Assembly: GCA_030704615.1 (NCBI GenBank)
Contig: CM060733.1
Coordinates: 65,906,001-65,970,000 of the forward strand
Source: Takakia lepidozioides
Lineage: Eukaryota > Plantae > Bryophyta
Reading direction: 5' to 3'
DNA: 64,000 nucleotides
In this document: one piece after another, positions 37,883 through 50,120 of the stretch
Numbering within the stretch: position 1 is the first letter of the stretch
Layout of the letters: every line of letters starts with the position of its first letter
Translations under genes and position numbers: made by a program
The notes under the pieces: model-generated
Told to the model about the DNA's origin: nothing
Seen by the model: the letters and a program-made list of their open reading frames with translations, nothing else
The model's database searches: none

Positions 37883-40800
37883 TCACTGGTCCCCTGGATC
37901 CATATTCAGAAGAGTGTGAACCTCCTGGGGGCTCAACCCTGGTGCATGTATGAAGTGATGAGTTGTGGAATTACAACGGAGTCTCTTTAGGTACACGTAG
38001 TACAAATGCTTGCAAGGGCAGTATGATGCCCCCTTGTTCGCCATGATCTGGAAGTCGGTGCAATTGCAGGTGGGTAATTCTGAAATGGTGATGGTGTACA
38101 CCTCATTGCGAACAGCTGAGCCCGCCGTGGCCATCTGATACACACGCCCGAATCCTGGTGGGGGCACTTCTGTCGAGCTCTGGATTGTACAGTTCATCCG
38201 AAGTGCATTCCCCATCCTTGTCTCGTTCACTTTTGAGGGAGGTCGCCGCCTCTTCGGTTTCCCCCAACGGTGTGTAGGATGCTTAGAGCTGTCGTGTCCC
38301 ATTGTTCTTGCTCTCACAGGGGTCGGTGGTGGAGGCTGTGGAAGCGGAAATGGTTGTCTGGGGACGTCAGTGCGCTGCACCATCCGAAATCCTGCGGCGG
38401 TAAGGGCGTCGGCCTCAACCTGACTCAGATCGCAGCCTGGTTCCACCGGCCACACCGGGGGAGCCTCTGGCATTGTCTGTATGCCGTACTTGGGCTTTCC
38501 ATACACGCAAGTCATAATGTCGTGCCTGCAGAACCAGAACTGGGTGGTTGTCGCCTCCGCAAACTTTGCATGGACAAATCTTCCTGTAAAAGTAGGAGCA
38601 GGGACAGCCCCATCTGGATTCCTCCTTATCATCTCTAAACAACGTTGCCGTGTATCCACACGAATTGCGGAACACCTTCCTCGAAACGACGGCTTTGTGC
38701 GAGCAATTCTCCACTGTGAGGCAGACACAGTCGTCTCCACAATGGCTTGGCCATACTGCATAACAGCGGGCGGAATGTGGGGCAAGGGAGCGGTGGGAAT
38801 TTGTTGCACGAAATCCCCGGTTGAAGGCGACGGCGATCTGGAATTTCTTGGGCTTCCACTGCTGGAAGACACATTGTGCGGCAACATGACGGGACCTCGA
38901 GGTGCTGTCCGAATGTTCCTGTCGGATCTCCAGGAATCCTCTTCGCACCCGGTTCCTCTTCAATCCTCCGCCTGACAGGGCGAGTCCGGACGTCCCCCTC
39001 TAGGTGTTCACCTCTGCGGTGCAGAGGCGTCCCTTTGATCTTCTCTCGCAATGCTGTCGCCCATTTCACTGGATTCTTGGACCTCGAAGCTGTTCGTACC
39101 AACAATTCCTCCCTGTCCGGCCCAAAGCCCCATTGTTTGCCGCTCAGGAACTTGTAGTACGTGGCTTGCTGCATGATTGCTCTGTCGATGTCCTCCGTTG
39201 TGGCCGTCACTACGTCCACCAGATGTGCGGCAGAAGACGCTCGCCAGGAGGAGTGGACCGATTCTGCCATATTCGTGTTCGGCATGTCCGTGTCGGAATC
39301 CAAGCACCGCTCCTAGAAGGACACAAACAACGGTGAGGGACCAATCGAAATGTCCGTAACAGAAAGACAAATGAACGAAATTGACAGCAGCCTACCTCCC
39401 GCATGTACTGTCCGAACTGTCGATACCGAAAATGCCACCACCCCAACCAGCTGTGCAATGCTCCCAGATTGGTTGTCTCCACTGCACCTGACGTGTTCCA
39501 CCAAGCCTCGATGATAGCAAACTTAACCTCCGCGTCATCAAATGTGGGTGCATCCTTCCACGCCGTACAAAGGACACGGTGTTCAGCCTGGAATGAGCTA
39601 GCAACAAATTTGGTAGTGTAGTGGGATAGACTCTGCATCCAATGGAATCCACAGGATCTCTCTTTCCCCTCCATTGGAACATTGGGGTCCTCACCGTACA
39701 CACGCCGCACCGCTGCCCAGTTGGCCTGAGCGTTGTCTGCCATGAATCCCCTGAAATTGGGCTCTGGCAATCCCGCCCTTGCCATCTGCTCGTTTATGCC
39801 CTCCCACAGATGCATCTCGGACTGTGTGTCCTCCCCTTTCATCTCGCAGATTGCAATCGTCATGAGCCTCTTGGAGTGATAGTCATAAACATGCGCACCC
39901 ATAGTCACCCACTGATGGTTTGTAATTCGCTTGATGTGATCAAACATCACCCAAGCATTCGACAAGTTTCCAGTTGTCATGCGAGTGACCAAGTCGACTC
40001 CACTCCCAGGCCCACACGTCGACATTTTGAAAATGTAACAACGATCGGATTCGCTGCCTTGCCCTGGAAACCTGCTACCTTGGATGTAGTCATATCCAGT
40101 CATTCGTTTCACCTCCAGGATTGAGTACATGTCCGACCCCCTGCCGAACTCCTGCTTGCAAGATACGATGTGATTCCGCACATTCGGACTACAAACGTGC
40201 GAGACGGACTCCAAGAGGTCACGCATCTCGTCTTCGGTCAAGGGCTCTCGGTCGGAACCATCTTCAGACATGATTTTGCCAAGAGCAATCTTGTGGGCTG
40301 CCTTCAGCTGAATCTGCTTTGGTCTGGCTCCGGGGCTCAATTTCACCTCCTCTTTTATGATGTCGTGTGCTTCCTGCACAGCCTCACGCATGTTGCCTCT
40401 CGCCAAGGGGTGGCAGTGGACCCCAACGTGTATGCAAGCTCTAGTCAAGTCCGGGAGCAAATGGATTACGTAATATTGCTTGGCTCTGCACATGGACATG
40501 CACGTCGGTGGTTCTTTGCAATGTGCACACTTGAAAGAACCCGCAGGAGCTTGGCTGGAGACAATGAATGGATGATGCGTTGTGCCAGTCCAATCCGTCT
40601 CGTTTCTCCGCCCTCCTTTGGAGAGAAAGTGGAAGCAGGTGGGATTGAGGCACCTCAGCTTCCCCGCACAGAGGACATATCGTACACGAACACCATCAGC
40701 AATTTTCGTGCTACTGGTCTTCGTCACACACCAGGGGTGTCCGTCATGCTTTCGATCCATGTCTGTTAACATCCCGGAGGCTTTCTTTGACGAAGAAACA

Positions 40801-41489
40801 GGTGGAAACTCGAAGATGACATTGCCATCGACTTCGGGAGGCAGAAAAGTTACCTTTCTGACTGGGAATTTGGCATAGTCGAGAGCAGCCAGCTCGGAGC
40901 GAGAACCATCGAGGTGATGTTGTCGTAGGAGCTGCACAATGGACCGGGTTGGAGTTATGCTCGAGGGCACATGCGTAGCACCTACAGAGACGTCCATGCC
41001 GGATTTGAACGACCGTGTGGAGGACATGGGTACCTCAATGCAATCATCTTCCTCGTCGGAAATGTCGAATACGTCCACACGAGAAGCTATGGAGGGTCTT
41101 GACGGTCCAGGTCGGGAATGATTATCGTTGCATACCTCTCTGTTGGCAGTGGCCGCCTCTCGGTTTCCGGACTCCTTTGTGGATGGTGTGGGCAGCGACT
41201 GATTCGGAAAGGGAATGGGCATTCCCACAGCTCGGTACAGGATGGTGTCTGACGGGGGAACGTGCCATTCGATTCCGCAACCTCCGTCGTTACCTAGCAC
41301 GACAATGGTCTCGTCAACCTGTCCAGGAACATCCTTCCTTTCTTCTTCCAAATAAACTGTGCCCGGTTTGAGCTTGAATTTGGAACAAAGGTAAGTTTCA
41401 GTCACTCTGCAAAGTCCTCCCTCGTTTGGGATCCAGGCTCTCCCAAGTTGCGGAGGACAGCAAACTATAGCGTAGGAATTCGGAGCCAT
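37883..41489 (-). CDS. MULE-type DDE transposase with N-terminal GCM-like Zn domain and C-terminal SWIM finger (one intron ~39310-39395, one frameshift ~38945)
   Basis: CAGKLRCLNPTC..CAHC..C..HVGVHCHP; D (MFDH), D (MADN), CxxH (CGFH), E (TNMAESVH); SWIM CNCTDF..CKHLYYV. Confidence 0.9.
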
Positions 41490-41914
41490 CGAACACCGCA
41501 CGGAGTTGGCAAGTGCGAGGTTCAGTATAGCGACAGACCAAGGCTCACAGGCACCATCTAAGTGGATCTGCGGAGTCCATCGACAATTGGAAGTCGCACA
41601 TTGAAGTGGAAAGTATTGTTTCAAGCTACATGCATGAAGGTGGGAGGTTTGATTCCATAGCCAGTGAGTAGGACAATGATGGCCGATTCGGCGACGAAAT
41701 AACATCTCCTGACAGTTTCTCCTGAGGGTGGATCCAGCAGTATTCTCGGTGCAGACAGGAACGTTCGCACTGACAAGTGCCAGGACTGCTGGTTAAAACG
41801 GTCAGACAACCAAGTTGTGCTCATCAAGACTGGCCGCAATTGTGTTGTTTCGGAACAATGCAACCCATTGAGGTTCCAGATTTCCCGTCCCGAGTGATTC
41901 TGTCGATTGCTGGT

Positions 41915-43680
41915 GGACGGAAATACGGCGCCGCATTTCCGTATTGCATCTTGGTCATGCAACAGAGCGACGGAAATGCGGCACCGAGTTTCCGTCCGGG
42001 GGAAACCTTTATACTCTCCAGAACGGAAATGCGGTAACGCATTTCCATCCAGCAAGCACGGTATGTGAAGGTGGAACGGAAATGCGGTACCGCATTTCCG
42101 TTCTGATTGAGATTTATGAACAACGGGAACAGAAATGCGGCACCGCATTTCCGTCCGAGTCGCACTTTTCGACATTCCAGAACGGAAATGCGGCGCCGCA
42201 TTTCCATTTTGTATCTGATGCATGGAGCTGAGGGATAGAAATGCTGCAGCACATTTCCGTCCTTAAAAGACATTCATACTCTCGAGAACGGAAATGCGGT
42301 ACCGCATTTTCATTCAACAAGCACGGTATGTGAAGGTGGAACGGAAATGCGGTACCGCATTTCCGTTCTGATTGAGAATTATGAACAACGGGAACAGAAA
42401 TGCGGCACCGCATTTCCGTCCGAGTCGCACTTTTCGACATTCCATAAAGGAAATGCGGCGCCGCATTTCCATTTTGTATCTGATGCCTGGAGCCGAGTAA
42501 GATTCCGACAGCTTCATACAGCGCAATTCCGACCGGTTGAGACATTCACACTATCCAGAACGGAAATGCGGCACCGCATTTCCGTTCTGACTGAAAATCG
42601 TGAACTATCTGAACTGAAATGCGGCACCGTATTTCCATCCGAGTCGCACCTACCATCATTCCAGAACGGAAATGCGGCACCGCATTTCCGTTCTGACTGA
42701 AAATCGTGAACCATCGGAACTGAAATGCGGCAACGTATTTCCATCCGAGTCGCACCTACCATCATTCCAGAACGGAAATGCGGCACCGCATTTCCGTTCT
42801 GACTGAAAATCGTGAACCATCGGAACTGAAATGCGGCAGCGCATTTCCATCCGAGTCGCACCTCCCAACATTCCAGAACGGAATGTATTAGATTTAAAAG
42901 GGAAATGCGGCACCGCATTTCCGTTCTGATGAAATATCCTGAAACATCGGAATTGAAATGCGGTACCGCATTTCCGTCGGAGTCCCACCATCCGACATTC
43001 CAAAACGGAAATGCGGCACCGCATTTCCGTTTTGTATGTGAGGCATGGAGCTGTGGAACGAAAATGCGGGAAGGCATTTCCGCCAGCGTCAGACGTTAAT
43101 ACTCTACAGAACGGAAATGCGGTACCGCATTTCCATTCTGACTGAAAATCGTGCGCAACGGGTACAGAAATGCGGCACCGCATTTCCGTTCGAGTCGCAC
43201 CTTCCGACATTCTCGAACGGAAATGCGGCGCCGCATTTCCGTTTTGTATATTCGGCCTGGAGCTGTGCTACGGAAATGTGTTGCCGCATTTCCATCCATG
43301 TGAGACCTTCAACCTTTCCAGACCGGAAATGCGACACCGCATTTCTGTCCAGGTGAGACCTCTATACTTTCCCGAACGGAAATGTGGCACGGCATTTCCA
43401 TTCATCAACTAACGTATGTGAAGTGGGAACGGAAATGCGGCGCCGCATTTCCCTTCTGAATCTCATACATGGAGCTGTGGGACGGAAATGCGGCACCGTA
43501 TTTCCGTTCAACAACTAAGGTATGTGAAGGTGGAACGGAAATGCGGTGCCGCATTTTCTTCCAACAAGTACGGATGTGTAGCTTCGTGATGGTACTTAAC
43601 GGAAATGCGGCGCCGCATTCGCATTCTCGCTCCAACTCATCAGACGCTGGGACGGAAATGCCTTGAAATGTGAACACGTG
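41915..43680. repeat. Large family-B palindrome array between the divergent transposase and ParB-MTase genes, with higher-order tandem duplications
   Basis: More than 30 GGAAATGCGG-NN-CCGCATTTCC copies by eye; ~265-bp duplication (42020-42550) and a ~107-bp unit x3 (42555-42880). Confidence 0.92.
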
Positions 43681-43970
43681 GAGCAACGGAATTGCTGCAC
43701 ATGTCGGCACTCTATCTGACTGAAGGGGCATGAGGCGGCGCGGCCTGACCGTTGGATAATGATGTTTGATTTTCGGACGGCAGGCGTACCCTCAACGATT
43801 CGAATTTCGTAATGACGCAAACTCCACGAGGAGACACTTTCGTCCAACCTTTCGAACCCAAGTGGTGCATCACCGCCGTTTCATCTACTTTTGTCGTGTC
43901 TCCTCAGTCACCCCTCTCGCGCCCTTTCCATCTGCACTCTTTGCCCCTTTTCCCTCTCTCTGTTCTTCTT

Positions 43971-46900
43971 ATGCTCGAACCTGAGAGGGGGGGAGTTCGT
44001 GCACCAGACAGGAGACCTCGTCGCAAGCTCCGGAAATTATACTTCGGACGTAGGCCAATGCCGAAGGGGAGGAAGCAGATGCGTCTACAGGAGGAGATTG
44101 CCATCTCCGAGCAGCAGGCCACTCAGGCAACCCAGCCACCAGTGAGAGCTCCATGCGATCGGGCTGCGCGCAGCTGATCGAGCACCGAACCCCCCATTTT
44201 GCTTCTGTAATTCTTAGACTGAATGCTAGGAGACTTGAATGCAGAACATGTTTGCATGCCTAACAGGAAAGGTGGACGTGCTGGAGGGATCGCAGGAATC
44301 CGAAGAGCCGCAGGAAGAGTCCGAGGAGCTAGCTGCAGCACGTACACCCACCCGATCCCCGAGCGCGGGTATTCCTGCCGGGCCTAGCCCTCTGCGATTC
44401 AAAGACGCGTCTTCGAAGGGCAAGTTCAAAGTCTCAGAGATCGACTCGCGTTCTTCGATCATGGAGAATCGCCAGCAGGGGTCGGGCCCTTCTCCAGCAA
44501 AGTCGAAGAAGAAGCAGCCCGTCCCTCTACTGGCTTCTGAACCGGCTCAGGCCGATTCACCCCCCCCAACGCGAATGAAGCAGCAGGGTAGAAGACAGAT
44601 TCTATTGCAGCAGACACCTTCACCTGCAAGGATGAGGAAGCAGAAGGCAATCAGGGCGACGGGCGAACAATCTCCCGCAAAACCGCTTCCACGAGCTGAA
44701 GCTCAGTTCCTGGAGGATTTCCCGCCTGCAGATGTTGGGGCCGACTCTGCTGCAGCGAAGGCAATGGGATCGACCGTTGATCTCGATTTGGTACCGGAGG
44801 AGGGTGCTGCCGCTGAACGTTCGCAGGCAGACCTCACCACCGATGAGCTAGCAGGCCCGGAGGAGGCCTCTGCAATGGCAGAATTGCCCGCACACAGGCC
44901 CCAGAGTGCAGCTCCAGTTGAGGATGCTCCAGCTGCTCAGCCACTACCGGCACCTACAGACATGTCTCCGGAGGATTTCAAAAGTGCAGCGGATAAAATG
45001 TTGGAGGAGACACACAGTAGCATTGGCAGAGTTCTGGGCAGCAGGGTATTCCAGCGGACTCTTCGAATCCCACTCTGTCGCATGGTCTCCCTTCCCATCG
45101 TCAGGCAGGCCCTTCCCGGAGATGTGGATAAGCTCAAGTTCGCATTTCGAGAAGGGTACCGTCTGGGATCGGCAGCGTTTTACGTTTCCATAGAGAATGA
45201 GGACGGCGAAACCCGTGGACCCACTGCCGATGAATTGTCAACGTGGGATACCCACTGGCACACTCGCAACCACGAATTCGAGGCGACGCTGAAGGGTGAT
45301 CCCGACTTCGGCCATATGTCGGGTAAAATGTTCTTTGTGTGGGACGGGAATCACCGACTTCTCGCCTGGTGGGAGTACATCAAGCAGAACCATGCCAAGC
45401 ACATTGGCTGGCATTACATGGTGGAGTGTGTCATCCTCAAGGTGAAGGCGGCAGACTCCTCCCTGCTCAAGAATGCCATGGCGGACCTCAACTCGTAAGA
45501 TACTCATACCCTCCCTAGCACATTCGAAATGCGGTGCCGCATTTCGGTTTCCATTCTGGTTTGATTCCGTGCTTCCGTGTACTGAACTGGAGAGTGTGCC
45601 TTGCAGGGTCACTGAGAATGCGTACGTGCATACCCACATGGCACATATGCTGTACAGGGTGAGGAAAACTGGTCTTACTGATCCGCAGATGTTTGCGGAA
45701 ATGCTGGAGCCTGAGCTCATTCAGAAAGCCGTTGCAAAAACAGACCGGACATGGTATCGTCTCACTATGGATGGAATGGTGGAGGTGATATACGAAGTAA
45801 GTCGTGCTCCAATTTCCCTCTGCTCATCCTTCCCCAATTTCCAGTAATGTTTCCACATGAATCGAATGTAACGCTTCTGCATGTTTTTGTTGGCAGTCAA
45901 ACATCAAGCTGGATTTGGCCCATGCCAAACGCTTCTTCATGGAAAGTGAGGGGCAGGTGAAAACGTTGCAGTCATTGACTGAGCACTTGAAGGAAGCCGG
46001 TGTCAAGTCCAGAACCAAATACAAGTCAAAGCTTGTGAAGCTGGTGGCAATTGCAGATCCGGCACTTGGAAAGGACTTCATCCCCGAGATTGCAAAACAC
46101 TATTCTCGGGCCATGCAGCCGACCATGCAATTGGAGAAACTGCATCACCTCTCAACGGCATGTGTGGAGGCGAAAGAGAAGGTGAGGTTTCAATGCACTG
46201 AATTTCCTTCCTAGCAATAGCCACTCTCTTCCAGCCACTGACATTGGATCGGAAATGGCAGACACGGTGGCTGTCGATCTGGAATGCATCCGAGAGCATA
46301 AGGACAATGTGGTCTTTTCCACTGGAAGTTTCCGACCCTGCAGTGGATGTGTGGCTCAACCGTATGACTTGGTGGTTCCAGGTAATTCAAGGTACTTCCC
46401 CAGATTTGCTTTTCTGACATGAATTCCCTGAACTGCTACGTGACAATGCATTTGGGAATGGCAGGTAATGTCGAATGCGAAGGAGCAAGTCGTAATGCAC
46501 ACAAATTCGTTCGGCTTGTACGTCAAATGGGATGGAACACAGACATTGGAAGACTACGTGACACGTTTCAGATGTGCGTACAAGGACAACCTTTTCGCCA
46601 GAGAGCTACAGACAGCAAGAAGGAGCGTGGAGTTTACACATCAGGAGGGAGCGGGGAAAGCTGCAATGCGAATTGTTTACAGGTGAAGCACAGCTGCCCT
46701 TGTATGCGAAGCCTGGTTACGAGGTTTGTCTCGGAAATGCGGCACCGCATTCGCATTTTATGTTTTCGGTGGCACTCTGCCAGTAGGTTGGTCTCAACTT
46801 TTGCTCACGCATGCTGACTGCCTTGCAGGTATATGAAATACGTGCTCCTTCAGACAGGGGCCCTGGCTCAAGAGCCCCCGTTCTTCATGGCTTGGACCGT

Positions 46901-48613
46901 GGCGGGCCCAAGCTGTGTCTACACACCCGAGATGCAGAAACAATGGCATCCCGCGCATCTCGTTGGATGCCCGTGGTACCTGGACATGTCTGGCGGTATT
47001 GTTGACGAGTCTGAGAAAGATCTGCACGCCTTGGCAGAAGAGAAGAGAAAGGAAAGACGTGTCCCTGCTGGGCCAAAGTCGGCAAAGGAATCTGCTGCTC
47101 TGGAAGAATCCAGAAAGGCAGCTGAGATGGCACAAAAGACGGTGGATGCAGCTGTGCAGGCCCAACAGAAGGGGTCGAAGAAGAGGACTCGCCAGCAAGG
47201 AGCAGCTGTTGTGACACCCGCCAAAACGAAGAAGCAGAAACAGCCTGTTCAGGAAGAGGGTGAGGAAGAGGACTCCGATGGAGACTTTGCAACCAGCCCA
47301 CCCCCCCAAACGCAGGCTGCCTCCCCTGTGCCCACCGTTGTCACGAGAGGCACGAGAACTGGCTCGGCAAAGAAGGCACTCTTCAACCCCCCAGGGGGGC
47401 ACCCTTTCGAGCCGGTGGAAATGAAGAGGCCGAAAGTGGCTCCCGAAACTGTAGTCCAGTGTGTAAATGAGAGTTTCTTGGCGGCTTTGGATGGACGGGC
47501 AGCCAAGTTGGCATACATGAAGACCATGGAGGGTCTGAAGGGCAGAGCACTGAAGAAGGCGACTGCCGAAGAGCCTTCCGACACCCCAGGATTTCAGAAT
47601 ATGGTCTCGTTCTTTGAGAGGGTGTGTGCAGACAAGGATTGTAGGAGGGGCGGAAATGCCACCGAGTGGTCTTGCGATATGATCATCTTGGATATTCCGG
47701 ACGGAGAGCCTGTGGAAGGACTGCAAGCTTTGCCATCTTGGAACAGGTACTCGGAGGACTTTTGGAAGAAAGGATTCGGGCTTGCCCGCATGGTGTTGGA
47801 CGACAGAGGCTGTGTGGTTGTCCTGGCGAGCAGAGGAAAAAACACTCAGACAGGAATTGCGAAGTGGACCCGCAAGAGCGCCGTCCCGATTCTGAAAAAG
47901 AAGTGGACGTGCATCAACACACTGGGCCTTCGGTCGGAAGGGAAGAAGGTGATTACGACACTGGCACTCGTCCATTCATTTGCTTGGGTGCTTTCAAATG
48001 CGGTGCCGCATTCGGTTTCTAATCGTTTTCCCCCTGTGTATGCAGACGAAGCAGTTCGATGCATACTGCTTTGTGAAGGAAAACTCCACCTTTGCTTTCC
48101 GGAAGGAGGGAGGAAAGGTTGACCCCGAACTGCGACCCACTCGATTACGACGTTCTGTTCAACAACGTTCCCAAGGAACTTCTCCCTCATAGCCTCACTT
48201 CAACGGAACCCCTGCGGTACTCACGGACTCGGAGCCCTGCCTTCATTCAGACAATTATGGAGACATGCACAGACGTGGAGGGCACAGTGCTGGACCTCAT
48301 CTGTGGGACAGGTATGCAGAATCTTGATCTCTGCTGTTCTGCAAATTCTCGTTAGGATGTAGTTCGCAACATCTGAAGCGCCATGTGGTAATGTGTGGAT
48401 GGCATTGTAACAGGTGCCTCAATGTGGGCTGGGCGGTTTTCCGACCGGCACCTCTTTGCCTACGAGGAGGATTCATCCGTGTGGGGATCCCATCTGGAGG
48501 GGCTGCAACGGAATGTGAAGGCTCCCGACAGAGCGGAAGTCTCCTCGGATTCGTCGGAGTCCGAGGAAGACACAGTGGACATTGATGCAGAGGAGAACCC
48601 GGAATACGAGTGA
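43971..48613 (+). CDS. ParB/Srx + beta-class N4C/N6A MTase-fold fusion gene, family B2 (about 9 exons; one apparent frameshift at ~48122)
   Basis: Approximate exons 43971-44141, 44267-45494, 45607-45797, 45897-46181, 46262-46381, 46465-46683, 46829-47947, 48046-48311, 48414-48613. Motifs WDGNHRLLAW (~45340), DMIILDIPDG (~47680), VLDLICGTG (~48290), RHLFAYEED. Confidence 0.85.
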
Positions 48614-48714
48614 GTGCAAACATTGTAAGTTTGCAAAGCCTTCTGGGTCATTTATGTCAAAGGAATTTCCCGACTGTGGTTCTCATTAGTCTCGTTGATG
48701 ATTGTCATGTGCAG

Positions 48715-49183
48715 GATTGCAGGGTCCGGGTCGAAACATGTAGGGCCTACACTTCCTGCCAGGAAGAATGTCCCGTTCTTTGCGAGGGCCGACTTCATGA
48801 CGAGCCCGGTGAGGGACTACTCCCTTCCTAGTTATGCAGCTAAACTCGCAAATACAGCGATTAGAAGAAGTGAGAATCCCAGTAAAGTAGAGCAGATTTT
48901 GGAGAGGGCTAGGGAGGACAGAAGGATAAGGAAAGAGTTGGCAGCAGCTCAGACAGGTAGACGGGTACGAAAGTACATATGTGATTCAGCGGATGAGAGC
49001 GACGCAGACAGGGAGGAAGACGACCCAACGGAGGTGAGATGGACAGTTCCGCAAGGGGAAGATGGGATTTTCGAAAGCCTGGCCAACGAGCAGTCCGCTG
49101 GAGATGAGAGAGGCACTGAGGGGGTGGAGGAGGAGCAGGACAGTCTAGAACAGGATGAGGATTCCGATGATTTTCAAGATTAA
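48715..49183 (+). CDS. Acidic terminal exon/ORF, family B2
   Basis: VPFFARADFMTSP...LPSY...AIRR...RWTVPQGEDGIFE; a phase-compatible acceptor TGTGCAG/G lies at ~48714. Confidence 0.65.
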
Positions 49184-49369
49184 TAGAATTTTAATGAAGT
49201 CTCTGTAAATGTAAATTCTCTTCCACAGTATATAAAGAAAATTCTGCCCGACATTCGTGACCCCTCTCCAGTGTGCATTCCAGCCACACAATCGCCCAAA
49301 CCAGGACGCTCCCAAAATCAGAAATGGGTCAGGGCATTTCCAAAATTTTGGCAACTCTAAGAACCTCTT

Positions 49370-50120
49370 TTGGAAATGCGGCACCGCATTTCCAAAACAG
49401 GGGAGGGACTAATTTTTCCATTTCAATGTTGGCATAGTAAAAAGTAATCTGAACTGGGAATGCGGTGCCGCATTTCCAAAATTTCCTTTGTCCACACGCC
49501 AGTTTTGGCCTCTCCCGCTCATTGCATGGATGCCACCACGCTTACAAGGTCGAACAAGGAGGTCGAACAAGGAGGCCGACATGGCGGGATTGAAAATGCG
49601 GTGCCGCATTTCCATATTGGGGATGGTCGTTGTTCGAACTGGAGGCCCATCAGCAAAAATTGGCACCCCATTCCATTGTAAAAAAAAAGTCGATGACGGA
49701 CATGGAAATGCGGCGCCGCATTTCCAGAACGGACATCGCAATTTGTCCATTTGCAGACCCTCTCTCGGAAATGCGGTAACGCATTCCATCGCGCTGGTCG
49801 GAAATAGGTGCACTTTTCGAAGTGTTGGACGGAAATGCGGCACCGCATTCCCTTGTCCAAAAAGAAGTTTCCATTGCCAAGCTGGAAATGCGTCGCCGCA
49901 TTTGCAATGCCAACCTCGTTTTCTGATCAATTTATAGACCCGTGTTGGTATTTCGTGTACCTGGACGGAAATGATGCACCGCATTTTCTTGTCCCACATG
50001 GAAATGCGGTGCCGCATTTCGATGTCCGACATGGAAATGCTGTGCCGCATTTCGATGCGGACATGGAAATGCGGCACCGTATTTCGATCCCGACATGGAA
50101 ATGCGGCGCCGCATTTCAAT
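49370..50120. repeat. Family-B palindrome array (subterminal)
   Basis: GGAAATGCGG-NN-CCGCATTT copies, including 30-33 bp tandem units at 49995-50120. Confidence 0.9.

Noticed and set aside
37883-41489. Classification as hAT or Zisupton because of the 8-bp TSD and SWIM finger
   Set aside because: The catalytic signature D..D..CxxH..TNxAESxH is Mutator-type; I saw no hAT dimerisation motif or KDZ-type domain.
41915-43680. CRISPR array (palindromic repeats with spacers; also 21935-22940 and 60883-61220)
   Set aside because: Spacer lengths are irregular, spacers are themselves duplicated, repeats are also scattered in introns, no cas genes are present and the context is eukaryotic.
41621-43731. 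Many ORFs with repeated MRRRIS / GNAAPHF / KCGTAF / NFGAEI peptides (also 936-1891, 21869-23043, 49409-50164, 60188-61470)
   Set aside because: They are translations of the DNA palindromes in all six frames, not proteins.
46794-47975. Long antisense ORFs (393 aa here; 339 aa at 24578-25597; 31355-32021)
   Set aside because: Shadow frames opposite the ParB-MTase exons, with no recognisable motifs.
43971-48613. Bacterial or phage contamination explaining the ParB-MTase
   Set aside because: The gene has conserved GT-AG introns, lies within a TSD-bounded eukaryotic transposon and is interleaved with PPR and Gypsy sequence.
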